32,000 bases of DNA from Okeania sp. (GCF_035285525.1 NZ_JAYKGW010000151.1:9941-41940), one strand, 5' to 3'; counted from the stretch's first letter, positions 18,135 to 27,847 are shown. The notes: generated by a model not told the origin, from the letters alone. Program-made: numbers and translations.

Positions 18135-18186
18135 AAGTTCTGTTCTTTTAATTTTTTGTAGCAACTCAGTATGAGGCTTAATGTTT

Positions 18187-18246
18187 AGGACTTACGCAGA
18201 AATGGCGTTGATCAACCGAGTTTATTGGTTGCTTTGCCTAAGTCCT
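18187..18246. mobile_element. Short MITE of the AGGACTTACG family
   Basis: AGGACTTACGCA (18187-18198) and GCCTAAGTCCT (18236-18246). Confidence 0.65.
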
Positions 18247-18281
18247 GATCTTATTATAAATTTCCGAATAATAAAAAATAG

Positions 18282-18601
18282 GTAAGCATTTCCTGTGGAA
18301 TGCTGCGCAAACATCCACCAGCTTTCAGCCATTAGCTTTAGAGGATAAACTTAATAAATAATATCAAATCCAATAGTATTGGTACGATTCAATATCGTAG
18401 AGGTTTTGTCTCCCAACCTTGCCAATATAGGAGTTTTTGCCAATATTCATTTTATTCTCCAAAGGTGGATTTGATATTAATAGCTCATAGCTGTTTTCGG
18501 CCTTTGAGCCAATATGAAACACTGCGCGACATGAAAAAGAAACTCCTCTCTTGGCGAAGCATTTCGCAGAAAAAGAGGCTAACTAATAGCTGAATGCTTA
18601 C
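18282..18601. mobile_element. 320-bp MITE-like element with GTAAGCATT / AATGCTTAC termini and internal inverted repeats
   Basis: Termini at 18282-18290 and 18593-18601. The subterminal CAGC.ATTAG.T.AG block is present at both ends in inverted orientation. There is an internal inverted repeat (AATATCAAATCCA...TGGATTTGATATT). Related ends are seen at 29686-29735 and 29858-29890. Confidence 0.55.
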
Positions 18602-18646
18602 AAAAATAGAATCAATTATTCCAGAAAAATTATCAATTCTTTTTCC

Positions 18647-19129
18647 TTACTCACCACTCTCTTTTTCTAGCTCAGTTGCGATAGCTCTAATAATGTCACC
18701 ACTGGTTAATATACCAATCACTTCATCATTTTCATTTACCACTGGCAACCGATGAATACTACGCTCGTGCATCAGTTTAGCTGCCACTGAAAGTGATTGA
18801 TCTGGTGCAGTAGTGATCGGATTTTTAGTCATTACATCCTTAACAGTTTCTCCTAAAGCTTTATGAACTTCTTTCTCATAACGAGCTGGATTTTCTAGGA
18901 AAATAACACTATCTAAAAGCATAATGTAAAGTGGGGGTGTGACTCCACTTGCTTGCCACATTAAATCTGTTTCTGATACGATACCAATTAACTTTCCCTT
19001 TTCATTGACTACAGGAAGACCACTAATATGTTGCTTTGCCAAAATTTTAATTGCTTCTTTCAAAGGCATTTCTGGTTTGGCAGTAATTAGATTGCCAGTC
19101 ATAACATCTGATACTATTTTGTTGGTCAT
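18647..19129 (-). CDS. CBS domain-pair protein
   Basis: 160 aa with two CBS modules (VMTGNLITAKPEMPLKEAIKILAKQHISGLPVVNEKGKLIGIVSETDL and VMTKNPITTAPDQSLSVAAKLMHERSIHRLPVVNENDEVIGILTSGDI). Confidence 0.85.
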   Translation of the reverse strand: MTNKIVSDVMTGNLITAKPEMPLKEAIKILAKQHISGLPVVNEKGKLIGIVSETDLMWQASGVTPPLYIMLLDSVIFLENPARYEKEVHKALGETVKDVMTKNPITTAPDQSLSVAAKLMHERSIHRLPVVNENDEVIGILTSGDIIRAIATELEKESGE

Positions 19130-19380
19130 ATTTACCTCTACGATTTTTTTCTGGTTAGATTATGGTAGACATATATAGCAATCCTAAATCATTTGTAAAA
19201 AAAACTATAGGAGTTTAGTCTTCAAATCCTAATTTTTGCTTGGGTTGGGAGACCAGGGTTGGGATACCAAACCCCTACTATCAAATATCTCCAAAAATCA
19301 AATCAAATCCGATCCAGAAATTATCAATTATTTATCCCTGTTCCTTAATTCTTTTTTCCCTCTTTTCTGGAAATAACTTA

Positions 19381-19710
19381 ATGTCAACATCTAAAGGCCA
19401 AAAATCAGAAAATCACCCTGGCGATCGCCATGTATTTGTTTGCCAAAATCAATCTTGTCTGCGCCACAATTCTCAAGAAGTCCTCAATACCTTTAAAGCT
19501 GAGACCGAAAATTTGGCCAATGTCCATATTGAGGCTAGTGGTTGTCTCGGCCAATGTAGCACTGGCCCTACAGTACGAGTTATGCCAGATGAAATTTGGT
19601 ATTGCCGAGTCCAACCTAATAATGTGTCACTAATAGTCAGACAACATCTCCAAGGCAATCAACCTGTAGATGATATGCTCCACCCCAGAATTCATCCTCG
19701 CTTCTACTGA
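19381..19710 (+). CDS. Thioredoxin-like [2Fe-2S] ferredoxin
   Basis: Cysteine motifs C-X4-C (VCQNQSC) and C-X3-C (GCLGQC). The start is set at ATG 19381 (MSTSKGQ...) because the 19240-19380 extension in the ORF track runs over a dispersed repeat. Confidence 0.75.
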   Translation: MSTSKGQKSENHPGDRHVFVCQNQSCLRHNSQEVLNTFKAETENLANVHIEASGCLGQCSTGPTVRVMPDEIWYCRVQPNNVSLIVRQHLQGNQPVDDMLHPRIHPRFY

Positions 19711-19724
19711 TTTTGGACTTGCTT

Positions 19725-19775
19725 AGAAACCGGGTTTATTTTCAGCCAGAAATCAGAGCGAGAGACCCGGTTTCT
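19725..19775. terminator. Hairpin from the GAAACCGGGT/ACCCGGTTTC repeat between convergent genes
   Basis: AGAAACCGGGT (19725-19735) pairs with ACCCGGTTTCT (19765-19775). It is followed on the + strand by TGGTTTT. It lies between the ferredoxin stop (19710) and the hydrolase stop (19781). Confidence 0.35.
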
Positions 19776-19780
19776 TGGTT

Positions 19781-20689
19781 TTAAACCCTTTTAACTACCG
19801 AGAAAAGCCATTCTTGAATCAACTGATTAACCTGTTCAGGAACTTCGTCATGGGGACAATGACCTGCTTTGATGAAATATTCTGTTAATTGGGGATAATA
19901 TTTCCGAAACTGGGCACTTCTAGTTTTGGCGTTCATCCAAGGGTCAGCTTCTCCCCAGAGCATAAGTAAGGGACAATCTAACTTACTCAATAATTCATCT
20001 ACTTTTTGGCCAGATGGTCTCTTGAAAACAGAAGCAAACACTTTAGCCGCTCCAGGGTCGCAAGAAGGTCGATATATATCTTCTATTAATTGATCTGTAA
20101 TGGCGCTTTGATCTAAGTAAACTTTCTGTAAAATTTTTCTAATATTGCTCCGCCGTCGCGTCCATTGAAATAATAAAAAACTAGGTAAATCTTGCAAAAA
20201 TAACCACTTCATGCTATTAGAAATAAGTTTTCTCCATAAAGGAGGCTGAGAAATAGGCTGAGATTCAGTAAATGGTCCCGCACTGTTAATCAGTATTAAA
20301 CCTGCTACAGAGATTGGATATTGAGCTGCTACACATAATCCTGTATAGCCTCCAAGAGAATTTCCCCCTATCACTACTGGTCTACCAATAACTTCAGTAA
20401 TAAAGTCATTTATCTGTTCTTGCCATAGTTGACCACTATATTGCCAGTTTGGTTTACCTGAACGTCCAAATCCTAGTAAGTCAACAGCAAAAACCTGAAA
20501 AAACTGGCTTAGACCTGCAATGTTTTTGCGCCAATGATCTGTTGATCCTCCAAAGCCATGTATTAATAGCAAAGGTGGATTTCCCTGATCAGACTCACCT
20601 ACACATAAGTAGTAGATTTGCTGATCCCGCCATTGCCAATAACTACCAGGTACTGTAGCTGTCGTAAGCACTGATTTAGTTAACATCAT
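19781..20689 (-). CDS. Alpha/beta-fold hydrolase
   Basis: 302 aa with an HG oxyanion motif (LLLIHGFGGS), a nucleophile elbow (GNSLGG) and a C-terminal His (AGHCPHDE). Confidence 0.85.
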   Translation of the reverse strand: MMLTKSVLTTATVPGSYWQWRDQQIYYLCVGESDQGNPPLLLIHGFGGSTDHWRKNIAGLSQFFQVFAVDLLGFGRSGKPNWQYSGQLWQEQINDFITEVIGRPVVIGGNSLGGYTGLCVAAQYPISVAGLILINSAGPFTESQPISQPPLWRKLISNSMKWLFLQDLPSFLLFQWTRRRSNIRKILQKVYLDQSAITDQLIEDIYRPSCDPGAAKVFASVFKRPSGQKVDELLSKLDCPLLMLWGEADPWMNAKTRSAQFRKYYPQLTEYFIKAGHCPHDEVPEQVNQLIQEWLFSVVKRV

Positions 20690-21418
20690 GTTAAAAAATG
20701 TAAATATTTATTAAGTTAAATTTAATGTAACATCAAAAATCAATTGGGAGCAGGTGATATTAGTCACAGAAGATTTATTCTCAATGATCCCAATCAGAAT
20801 ATAGGAATCAAAAAAATCTTTGCTTTTTGATTAAAACCAAATTAATTTTAGATATAGCAATTGACATTAGAGAGCTTGAACCGTCTACAACATCCAGTCA
20901 ATAATTTCACTTTTGACGTCAGCTACAAGAGAAAACTATAGAGGGTTTGGGAAAATTTCTTAATAGCATAAAATTATTATTATACTAACTAAATGAATAA
21001 ATAAGCTACTTTAAAAATAAAAGGTTAATTATATATTTTTTTATACTACTATAGTAGTACGCATCCAAGTCCAAAGATATAGATATTAGATTATTTTCCA
21101 GAAATTTTGAAGGAATTTGCATTAATTCTATTTAGGTACTTTATTTTTATTAAGAGTTTTGATATGATAGGAAATATGAGAACAGCAATGCTCATACAAA
21201 AGCTTTTTCAGTAGTAATGCATTGTAATGGTTGTTCATAGTAATTATTTTGATTATATAAAAGATGGTGGTAAAAAATTCTACTTTCATAATCAAGTATT
21301 AATTGTTTATATCCACCATTACTATGTATAACTTCTGAAAGTTTAGAGAAGATTCACAACTATTGATAAAAGTAGTTGTTAACTATGCCCAATACAATCA
21401 GGCTAGGGAGTTTTTTAA

Positions 21419-21904
21419 GTGGTTGCTATATCATTACGTCCACGTCAAATAAGTCAAAATTGGGTGACTATTAGCTTCGCTTCTACCCTCTATTTGTGTC
21501 CGATCCTTGATCTGCTCCTAGCAGATGTTCCTAAGATCTGGCATCCGGAATTACGACTAGGATTACAAGAGGCGCTAGTAAATGCAACAAAGCATGGGAA
21601 CAATTTAGACCCTAATAAAAGAGTTTTCGTTCGTTTTTCAATTATCAAAGACTACTACTGGTGGGTGATCTCAGACCAAGGTCCAGGTTTTGAACCTCCT
21701 TATAGAGCTAACCAAAATCAACAACAAGTTACAAATGATGACTCAGAACAATATACTTGTTGTTGTGACGATGAAAGTGACTGTGGTCGAGGAATATTTA
21801 TTATTTACCAAGTTTTTGATTATATTGAATGGAATTCCAAGGGTACAGAGTTAACCTTATGCAAAAATGTTAGGAATAACTCTAGATTGCCCTTGATCAG
21901 ATAA
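21419..21904 (+). CDS. Anti-sigma regulatory factor / RsbW-SpoIIAB-like Ser kinase (HATPase_c fold)
   Basis: N-box LQEALVNATKHGN, G1-like DQGPGF and G2-like GRGIFII. GTG start. It has an unusual Cys/Asp-rich insert (YTCCCDDESDCG). Confidence 0.7.
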   Translation: MVAISLRPRQISQNWVTISFASTLYLCPILDLLLADVPKIWHPELRLGLQEALVNATKHGNNLDPNKRVFVRFSIIKDYYWWVISDQGPGFEPPYRANQNQQQVTNDDSEQYTCCCDDESDCGRGIFIIYQVFDYIEWNSKGTELTLCKNVRNNSRLPLIR

Positions 21905-21920
21905 TTAACTAAATTGAAAG

Positions 21921-22229
21921 CTAATTTTTCTGAGAACCATGAGTTGGACATGGAGGTGCTGAGATGGATCGATCTAACCATCTAATGGCTTGGTTGAGGC
22001 GAGCGATCGCTTCAGTCGGTTGACCCTGAATCAGAAAAACCACAGCAGCTATAGTTAGCTCTAATGCACGAACTTGGCGATTAGATTTGAGTCGATGCCA
22101 GTCCCTTTCTGGTATAGCAAGTCTTTCGGCTAAAGCTTGGGCTAGTTCTAGTGTGCTATATTGTTGTAAATCTATATGACTAGAACTGTGTACTTGATTA
22201 ATTAGAGGGGTTGAGTTAGGGTGAAGCAT
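21921..22229 (-). CDS. Hypothetical protein
   Basis: The ORF track starts at TTG 22310, which overlaps the divergent gene by 30 nt. ATG at 22229 (MLHPNSTPLINQ...) removes that overlap. I recognise no family. Confidence 0.45.
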   Translation of the reverse strand: MLHPNSTPLINQVHSSSHIDLQQYSTLELAQALAERLAIPERDWHRLKSNRQVRALELTIAAVVFLIQGQPTEAIARLNQAIRWLDRSISAPPCPTHGSQKN

Positions 22230-22280
22230 ATCTTTTGAGATAATGTTTTCCAGTAAACTTAATATATCTAGTATGCCAGT

Positions 22281-22694
22281 ATGAACCCAACTCCCGAAAA
22301 TTCTCCACAAAAATTAAATGATAACTCTTCAAATTGTGCCCCAGTTAATCAGGAGTCAGAAGTTTCAGAAATGGAGTTGGCACAAGCATTGGCACAGGTG
22401 GAACTTACTCTTACTGCTGTGAAGGAACGTTATTCTCAAGTTCAGTATTACCAGCAGCGCAAATTAGAACTGCAGCATCGTTTAGAAGAAATCCGGCCGG
22501 AAATACGTCGCGACAAAACTCGTAAATTGCGAGAAGAGTTACAACAGATACAGACAGAATTAGAAACAATAGAATTAAACTTAGAAAGCAGTTTGTTTGG
22601 TTGGCATAGCATAAAAGAGCCATTTTGGCAAGCTGTGCGATTTGGAGGTTTAGGAATAGTTATAGGTTGGCTATTAAAATCTTGGGCTGGATAA
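22281..22694 (+). CDS. Hypothetical coiled-coil protein with C-terminal TM helix
   Basis: 137 aa. It has a heptad-rich middle (LELQHRLEEIRPEIRRDKTRKLREELQQIQTELETIELNLE) and a hydrophobic tail (GGLGIVIGWLL). Confidence 0.55.
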   Translation: MNPTPENSPQKLNDNSSNCAPVNQESEVSEMELAQALAQVELTLTAVKERYSQVQYYQQRKLELQHRLEEIRPEIRRDKTRKLREELQQIQTELETIELNLESSLFGWHSIKEPFWQAVRFGGLGIVIGWLLKSWAG

Positions 22695-22745
22695 TAAGTT
22701 ATCAGTAGCTGTTGCCAGAGGGTTAAAATAATCAGCGCTTTTCAG

Positions 22746-22848
22746 ATTGATAAACCACATCGTCATAACCAAAATTTAGTAGGGACGTTCGCATTTTTGT
22801 TATGCAACGTCCCTACTGTGGTTTACTGAAATGAAAACCGCTGTAAAG
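22746..22848. repeat. Second copy of the 3706-3798 repeat (TAGGGACGTT hairpin inside an AAACCACA...TGTGGTTT stem)
   Basis: See 3706-3798. In this copy the outer stem is AAACCACA (22753 region) with TGTGGTTT (22818 region). Confidence 0.8.
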
Positions 22849-22857
22849 TTTTAGTAG

Positions 22858-23022
22858 CTACTGGTAGTGCATTGTTTCACCTAAAATGGTGCAATAGATT
22901 TAGGTTGGTTTGAGGGACCTAAACCCAGCAAAAATCTTTCTCCCGTAGGGACGTTGCATGCAACGTCCCTACCTCACTCCCCTACTCCCTAATGCACTAT
23001 TTTAGCTGAAACAGTCCAGTAG
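22858..23022. mobile_element. Second copy of the 812-1028 MITE-like shell, with different nested cargo including a perfect 28-bp palindrome
   Basis: Left arm CTACTGG..TTGTTTCACCTAAAATGGTGCAATAG (22858-22897). Right arm CTAATGCACTATTTTAGCTGAAACAGTCCAGTAG (22989-23022). Inside lies GTAGGGACGTTGCATGCAACGTCCCTAC (22945-22972), a perfect palindrome. Confidence 0.7.
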
Positions 23023-23297
23023 GGTGTGTTAGCGATAGCGTAACGCACCAATACTCCATATATAGTCCCTTTCCATAAGTCCTGATACTAAAGTTTTAGG
23101 ATAAAATTTATCTCCATTTTTAAGCATTCAGAAAGAAACCTTTATCGCTATGGCAAAAACCTGTTTCTATAAATTTTCAAGCTTGAGCAATTAGTTGTCG
23201 AACAGGTTCTTGCTTCTCAATGATATTTTCTGATCGCTCCCACTGAAAATAAAAGGAGCGCAGAAAATTTTGGATATTCCGATAAGCACATAATTGT

Positions 23298-24044
23298 TCA
23301 GTCGGACTTGTAAGTATTTTTCGGATACTTTTCAAAATTCTCCCAAATCGAAATACCAGATGGACGGCGCTCAGTTTCAATCAAGATATCTAACCAAGAA
23401 CTTATTTGCTCAATACTCAGCATATTCTGTTGGCAAATTTTAACAGTTGCTTGTGCCAGTCTCTCCTCTTCAGAGTGAAGATAAACTGATGGTACTGGTT
23501 GCTGAAGTTTGGTGGCGATCACTATTAATAATCTCATTAAATCTAAATCCTTGAGATAGGAACTCAAACTCAGAATACCTAAAGCATCGGCAACATCAGC
23601 TATTCCATGAGACCATGCTTTTTCTGGAGAAATGTATCCTCTTAAATCTTGCTCTTTTTCTAGATAAGTTAAGTAGAGTTCCATGCGATCGCGAATTTCT
23701 GCTTCTTCTAGATAAGGATCCTGGCGATGGAACTCAGTTAAATCATTTAAAAGTAATATTGAATAACTCCGCAAAAATACTCCATCGCTTTCTGTTTCAC
23801 CGAGACCTGTTTTGATATTAACTTTGGCTTGTTCTGCCAGTGCTAACAGTTCTGAGTGATTGTAGTAAGTGCGGTCGTACCATCCCCAAATCCATGCACT
23901 CAAAGTCATATAACTGTAATCCCGCAAATCCGATCTTGTCGCTCCTAAATTATCCATTAGCTTAGGGGTTAATTCTGCAACTTCATAATTATCAGGAACA
24001 GCAAATTTATTCTCGAAAATTGATTTTAAAAGTTCTATATCCAT
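23298..24044 (-). CDS. Hypothetical protein (possibly DUF2785-like); the 3' end may be frameshifted
   Basis: 248-aa ORF. Overlapping ORF 23177..23380 in another frame continues with protein-like sequence (TSPTEQLCAYRNIQNFLRSFYFQWERSENIIEKQEPVRQLIAQA). The two frames could be joined by an indel at the A5 run in CCGAAAAATAC (~23310). Confidence 0.55.
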   Translation of the reverse strand: MDIELLKSIFENKFAVPDNYEVAELTPKLMDNLGATRSDLRDYSYMTLSAWIWGWYDRTYYNHSELLALAEQAKVNIKTGLGETESDGVFLRSYSILLLNDLTEFHRQDPYLEEAEIRDRMELYLTYLEKEQDLRGYISPEKAWSHGIADVADALGILSLSSYLKDLDLMRLLIVIATKLQQPVPSVYLHSEEERLAQATVKICQQNMLSIEQISSWLDILIETERRPSGISIWENFEKYPKNTYKSD

Positions 24045-24120
24045 TGATTTTATGTGTTAAGTTATGGAAATTATTGAATTTATGAGGTAAAACTTTTGGG
24101 TGTTGCTGAATTAAGGGATA

Positions 24121-24300
24121 AATATGTTAAGTAGTGGTAGTGGGATGGGCATCCTGCCCGTCCGAAAATACAACGTTTTCCGAATATGTTAAGTAGTGGG
24201 AGTGGGATGGGCATCCTGCCCGTCCGAAAATACAGCATTTTCCGAATATTTTAAGCAGTGGGATGGGCATCCTGCCCGTCCAAAAATACAGCGTTTTTCG
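24121..24300 (+). repeat. Tandem array: 3 units (62, 62 and 56 bp) each carrying a GGATGGGCA-TCC-TGCCCGTCC hairpin
   Basis: The units are 24121-24182, 24183-24244 and 24245-24300 (AATATGTTAAGTAGTGG.AGTGGGATGGGCATCCTGCCCGTCCGAAAATACA.C.TTTTCCG). An inverted partial copy lies at 24380-24420 (…GGAACGGGCAAGATGCCCATTCCAC). A related hairpin, GCCGGCAAGATGCCGGC, lies at 24322-24338. ORF 24263..24517 lies on these repeats and is rejected. Confidence 0.9.
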
Positions 24301-24760
24301 CTATCATAAGGTACACCCATCGCCGGCAAGATGCCGGCACTACATGATTTTTACCATTTACCCTGTACATCATTTGGCCGAAATATGCTGTATAAGGAAC
24401 GGGCAAGATGCCCATTCCACAAAACTATTAAAATCATCCCGCATTTATGCAATGCCAGCTTTTGATTTTGAACAACAATATCACAGCAATAAACCCGGTT
24501 TCTCTGCTTTTTTATAGCGATACTAATTTGATATTATACAGGCGCTATAAATTAAGATAGAAGAGTCAGGAGTAAACCCACCCTTAACCCCTCCCAGGAG
24601 GGGAAAAGGAAGAGTGGCGAATCATTCCGGAACGAAAAGTTCTAATTATTAACTATTAACTATTAATTATTAGGCGTTGGTGATTTGAGGTATGATTTAT
24701 TGTCTGGATAAGAGCGCAAACAAAAAACTTTCTCCCTCTACTATTCTTTCTTCTTCTTTC

Positions 24761-24786
24761 CTCCTGACTCCTGACTCCTGACTCCT
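24761..24786. repeat. STRR-type heptamer tandem repeat (CTCCTGA x3 plus a partial unit)
   Basis: Direct reading. A single inverted unit (GAGTCAGGAGT) is at 24563-24573. Confidence 0.9.
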
Positions 24787-24836
24787 AAATAATTAACATT
24801 AGTATCATACACTAATTCACCAACGCCAATTATTAA

Positions 24837-25586
24837 TTATTCGGGAATATCTGTTTGCTTTTTAGCTAAAATTGCCACATATTCTAGAGGTTTACCATTA
24901 AAAAAACGACGATGGAGATAGGATTTTGTGGAATGTATTTTTAAGTAATCTTTTGCCACTGCCTCACGGTAAAAATTGACAAATTCTTGACAATTATCCT
25001 CACATTCGTAACTGGTTTTTGCTACATTAAATAACACCCAACCTTGATTTTTAATGAAGTTCATTCCTGTGACAAAAGCTTTTACCGGAATATGACCTTC
25101 ACTCAATGCAGAACAACAAACAAAACCATTTAACTTTTTCTCGTTCAGAAAATCCCTAGTTGATTTTGATAATTGAGTCAAATCCTCCACAAAGTAATTT
25201 TCATATATTCCGGGAGTATCTCTTTGAGTAGCTTCAGCAGCTTCGGGAACAATATCAATACCAATAATAGATTTTACTCCTAGTTTGGCAACCGCTTGAC
25301 CGAATAATCCGCTTCCCGCTCCTAATTCTAATAGTTTTAGCTCCTCCACTGACTCACCGTTATTTTTTAAATTTTCGGTTAATAAAGTAGCCATAACTTG
25401 CGGAGAACGATAGGCGAGTTTCTCTAAAGCTAAATAGTTATAAAGTCCTGGGATACTATAAACTTCTCCATAATCATGGAGTTTTAATCGACGCTCTTGC
25501 CCGTTTTCTGTAATGAAAAAATATTCTTCATTAATTGGTAAATTTTCGATGTTATCAGGTAAGCGAATTTGAAAGTTAGTTAACAT
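24837..25586 (-). CDS. Class I SAM-dependent methyltransferase
   Basis: 249 aa with motif I LLELGAGSGLFG, post-I IGIDIVPEA and an N-terminal ~70-aa extension (HDYGEVYSIPGLYNYLALEKLAYRSPQ). Confidence 0.8.
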   Translation of the reverse strand: MLTNFQIRLPDNIENLPINEEYFFITENGQERRLKLHDYGEVYSIPGLYNYLALEKLAYRSPQVMATLLTENLKNNGESVEELKLLELGAGSGLFGQAVAKLGVKSIIGIDIVPEAAEATQRDTPGIYENYFVEDLTQLSKSTRDFLNEKKLNGFVCCSALSEGHIPVKAFVTGMNFIKNQGWVLFNVAKTSYECEDNCQEFVNFYREAVAKDYLKIHSTKSYLHRRFFNGKPLEYVAILAKKQTDIPE

Positions 25587-25683
25587 TTTGTTTTAATTTT
25601 CTTAATGAATTATCAGAACTGACGCAGCCAAACTCAGAAACCGGGTTTTTACGAGAAACTCGGTTTCTTTGAGTAAATCCCAA

Positions 25684-26373
25684 TTATCCTGTGGGAATAG
25701 TTAAAGCTTTGCCATTATCACTTGCTCCAATATGTAGCAGAAAAGGAACAGCAATTTTCACCCAATCTTGAGGTTGAAGACACTTAGCTGCTTTTTCTTG
25801 TCCATAAACTGTTTCTAAAGTATCAGTATGGATGGTTCCCGGCCACAGAGAAACTGCTGCCATTCCTGGAGGCAACTCTTGAGCTAAAGCTTTAGTCATG
25901 CCTTCGATCGCCCATTTACTTGCACAATAAGGTGCAGCCTAAGCAGCAGTGTAACGTCCCCATCCTGGACTAAAATTAACAATTACACCTTGACTTTTAG
26001 CTACCATTTGTGGTAAAAAATGCCGGAGAACATTCGCCACTCCTTTGATATTGATATCAATTACGCGGTCGAAAATTTCCCCTTCTATTTCCCACAAGGG
26101 TGCAAGTTCGTGTACGATGCCAGCATTATTAATAATTAAGTCTGGAGCATCATATTTGGAGCTAATTATTTGACTCCAATTTTTGACTTGGATTTCATTA
26201 GCAATATCGACAGCAGTAAAATGATGGGGTTCGCCAAATTGTTGTTCCAAGGAAGCGATCGCTTCTCTATTCAAAGAACAACCAATAACAGTATGACCTA
26301 GTTCAATAAAAGCTTCGGTCATCACGCGACCAAGACCTCTACTAACACCAGTAATCAGAATTAATTTTGACAT
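25684..26373 (-). pseudogene. Short-chain dehydrogenase/reductase (SDR) with a single in-frame TAG
   Basis: ORFs 25939..26478 and 25684..25899 are in the same frame. Together they read MSKLILITGVSRGLGR...NNAG...VNFSPGWGRYTAA*AAPYCASKWAIEGMTKALAQE..., which contains TGxxxGxG, NNAG and YxxxK. The stop is TAG at 25939-25941. The likely start is ATG 26373, because the upstream part of the ORF runs over repeats. Confidence 0.8.
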
Positions 26374-26679
26374 AATTATACTTATCGAGAAATACACGCA
26401 AAGAAACCCAGTTTCTAGGGTTAAATCCTTGTCTTTGACAATAAACACCAAAGAGAAACCGGGTTTTTGGGTTCCCATAGTTTTAGTGCTGGTAATTATA
26501 GTTATATCAAGTCCGGTTGAATAGTTATAAATAAACGAGGGAGTTGTAGAGACCTTGCATGGAAAGTCCCTACGGAGTTAGGAGTCAGATGGAACAATAC
26601 AGAAATCCCTGTACCAATAACTCATAGGTTTCATCCAAAAATATTTGGCATAACCCTCGCTCACTGCTTCACTGCTTTC

Positions 26680-27528
26680 TCAATACAGCATAGATGGAGA
26701 ATTATCAACTACATAAAACGTATGACCTTGATCGTCTTGATAGATGGGATTTTCGATTTTAGTAGCACGAGTACCTTCAATTGCTCTACCAGTATCTGCT
26801 GCTGCATCAATAACCCAACCTGTAGATTTCATGGAATCAAGCATTTCAAAAGTAACAATGGGTGCATCTCCTTGAGCAATTTCCACTGTATTGATAAAAA
26901 TATCATAATCTTTAAATTCTTGTCGCATTAGATCGACATTACTCCGGCGACGTAATATAGGTTCAATTCCTTTACTCAGCAAATATTTCAAGACGCCATC
27001 AGCCACATTTCCTGAGCCAAATACTGCTACTTTATCGTTCTGGGTAATCCCACCTCGCAACATAATGGCTTGCATCATTGAGGCATAACCTGCTAGTATA
27101 CTATTTTTATGAGTAATATCTCTGGGAACATTTAAAGTTTCTGTTTTTCCTTGAGTAACACGAATAGAGATGCAATTGGTAATATCAAATAGTCGGAGAT
27201 TTTTGGGTTCAGCGCAGTATTCTCTAAAATGTCTTCCTGATGCACCAAAGGGATGAATCCAACCTGCCAGAGTTTGATTTTCTCTAAAGTATTGATAATC
27301 TTGGGGTTGGGGAACTTTAATACAGCAAATTACGTCTGCCCAAGTAAATAGACTTTCGCGATAATAACCAGCACCTTCTCCATAATCTGCATCGGGAATA
27401 TCTAAAGTTTCCCCATAACCTTGTTCAAATCTACGTTCGTCTTCGGGACTACAGTAGGATAAATATTGTGGTAATAAACCGACTCTTTTTTCATTAGGGA
27501 AAGTGGGTTTAATGTAAGCAATTTTCAT
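26680..27528 (-). CDS. Alanine dehydrogenase/PNT-family NAD(P) dehydrogenase, N5-(carboxyethyl)ornithine synthase (CEOS)-like; possibly truncated by a premature TGA
   Basis: Sequence: MKIAYIKPTFPNEKRVGLLP..., GWIHPFGASG, dinucleotide loop VAVFGSGNVADG, VIDAAADTGRAIEGT. After the TGA at 26680-26682 the frame stays open for 33 more codons (ESSEAVSEGYAKYFW...) to TAA at 26578-26580. That would give ~316 aa, about the length I recall for CEOS. Confidence 0.55.
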   Translation of the reverse strand: MKIAYIKPTFPNEKRVGLLPQYLSYCSPEDERRFEQGYGETLDIPDADYGEGAGYYRESLFTWADVICCIKVPQPQDYQYFRENQTLAGWIHPFGASGRHFREYCAEPKNLRLFDITNCISIRVTQGKTETLNVPRDITHKNSILAGYASMMQAIMLRGGITQNDKVAVFGSGNVADGVLKYLLSKGIEPILRRRSNVDLMRQEFKDYDIFINTVEIAQGDAPIVTFEMLDSMKSTGWVIDAAADTGRAIEGTRATKIENPIYQDDQGHTFYVVDNSPSMLY

Positions 27529-27757
27529 TTGATGTTCTTCAAGTGTTAACTATAGTAACATTAAATCATTAGAGAGAAAAAGCTGTAGAGGTTTGGTCTC
27601 CAAGTATCCTAGCGCTTGGGTTTGGAGACCAAACCCCTACTATAAAATGTTACAATCTATTGAGGATTGCTATAAGTTTAGGAAGGGTTGATATCAAATG
27701 CTGTAAATTTAACTTGTTTCATTTTCCCAAAAAATAGGGAATCGATTGTGGATGAGG

Positions 27758-27847
27758 ATCTCTCCCCCAACCCCTCTCCTACGAGCGAAATGGGAGTCCT
27801 TCTCCCCCTTGCCTTGCTAGGGTTGGGGGGTTGGTTTTTTAATCCCC
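27758..27847 (+). repeat. ~90-bp CTCCCCCAACCCCTCTCC...GGGTTGGGGGG repeat, copy 1
   Basis: A direct copy lies at 28048-28139. It has an internal inverted repeat (CCCCCAACCC / GGGTTGGGGG). ORFs 27678..27929 and 27688..27870 lie on it and are rejected. Confidence 0.85.

Noticed and set aside
19240-19380. N-terminal extension of the ferredoxin ORF
   Set aside because: The extension runs across a GGTTGGGAGACC…CCAAACCCCTAC dispersed repeat. The internal ATG at 19381 gives a normal-length thioredoxin-like ferredoxin.
21921-22694. 30-bp overlap of divergent ORFs that both contain ELAQALA
   Set aside because: The overlap disappears if the minus-strand gene starts at ATG 22229 rather than the TTG at 22310. 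The shared heptapeptide is short, low-complexity and most likely coincidental.
24121-24300. Tandem repeat array that could be mistaken for a CRISPR array
   Set aside because: The units abut each other with no unique spacers. There are only three of them, they are 56-62 bp long, and no cas genes lie nearby.
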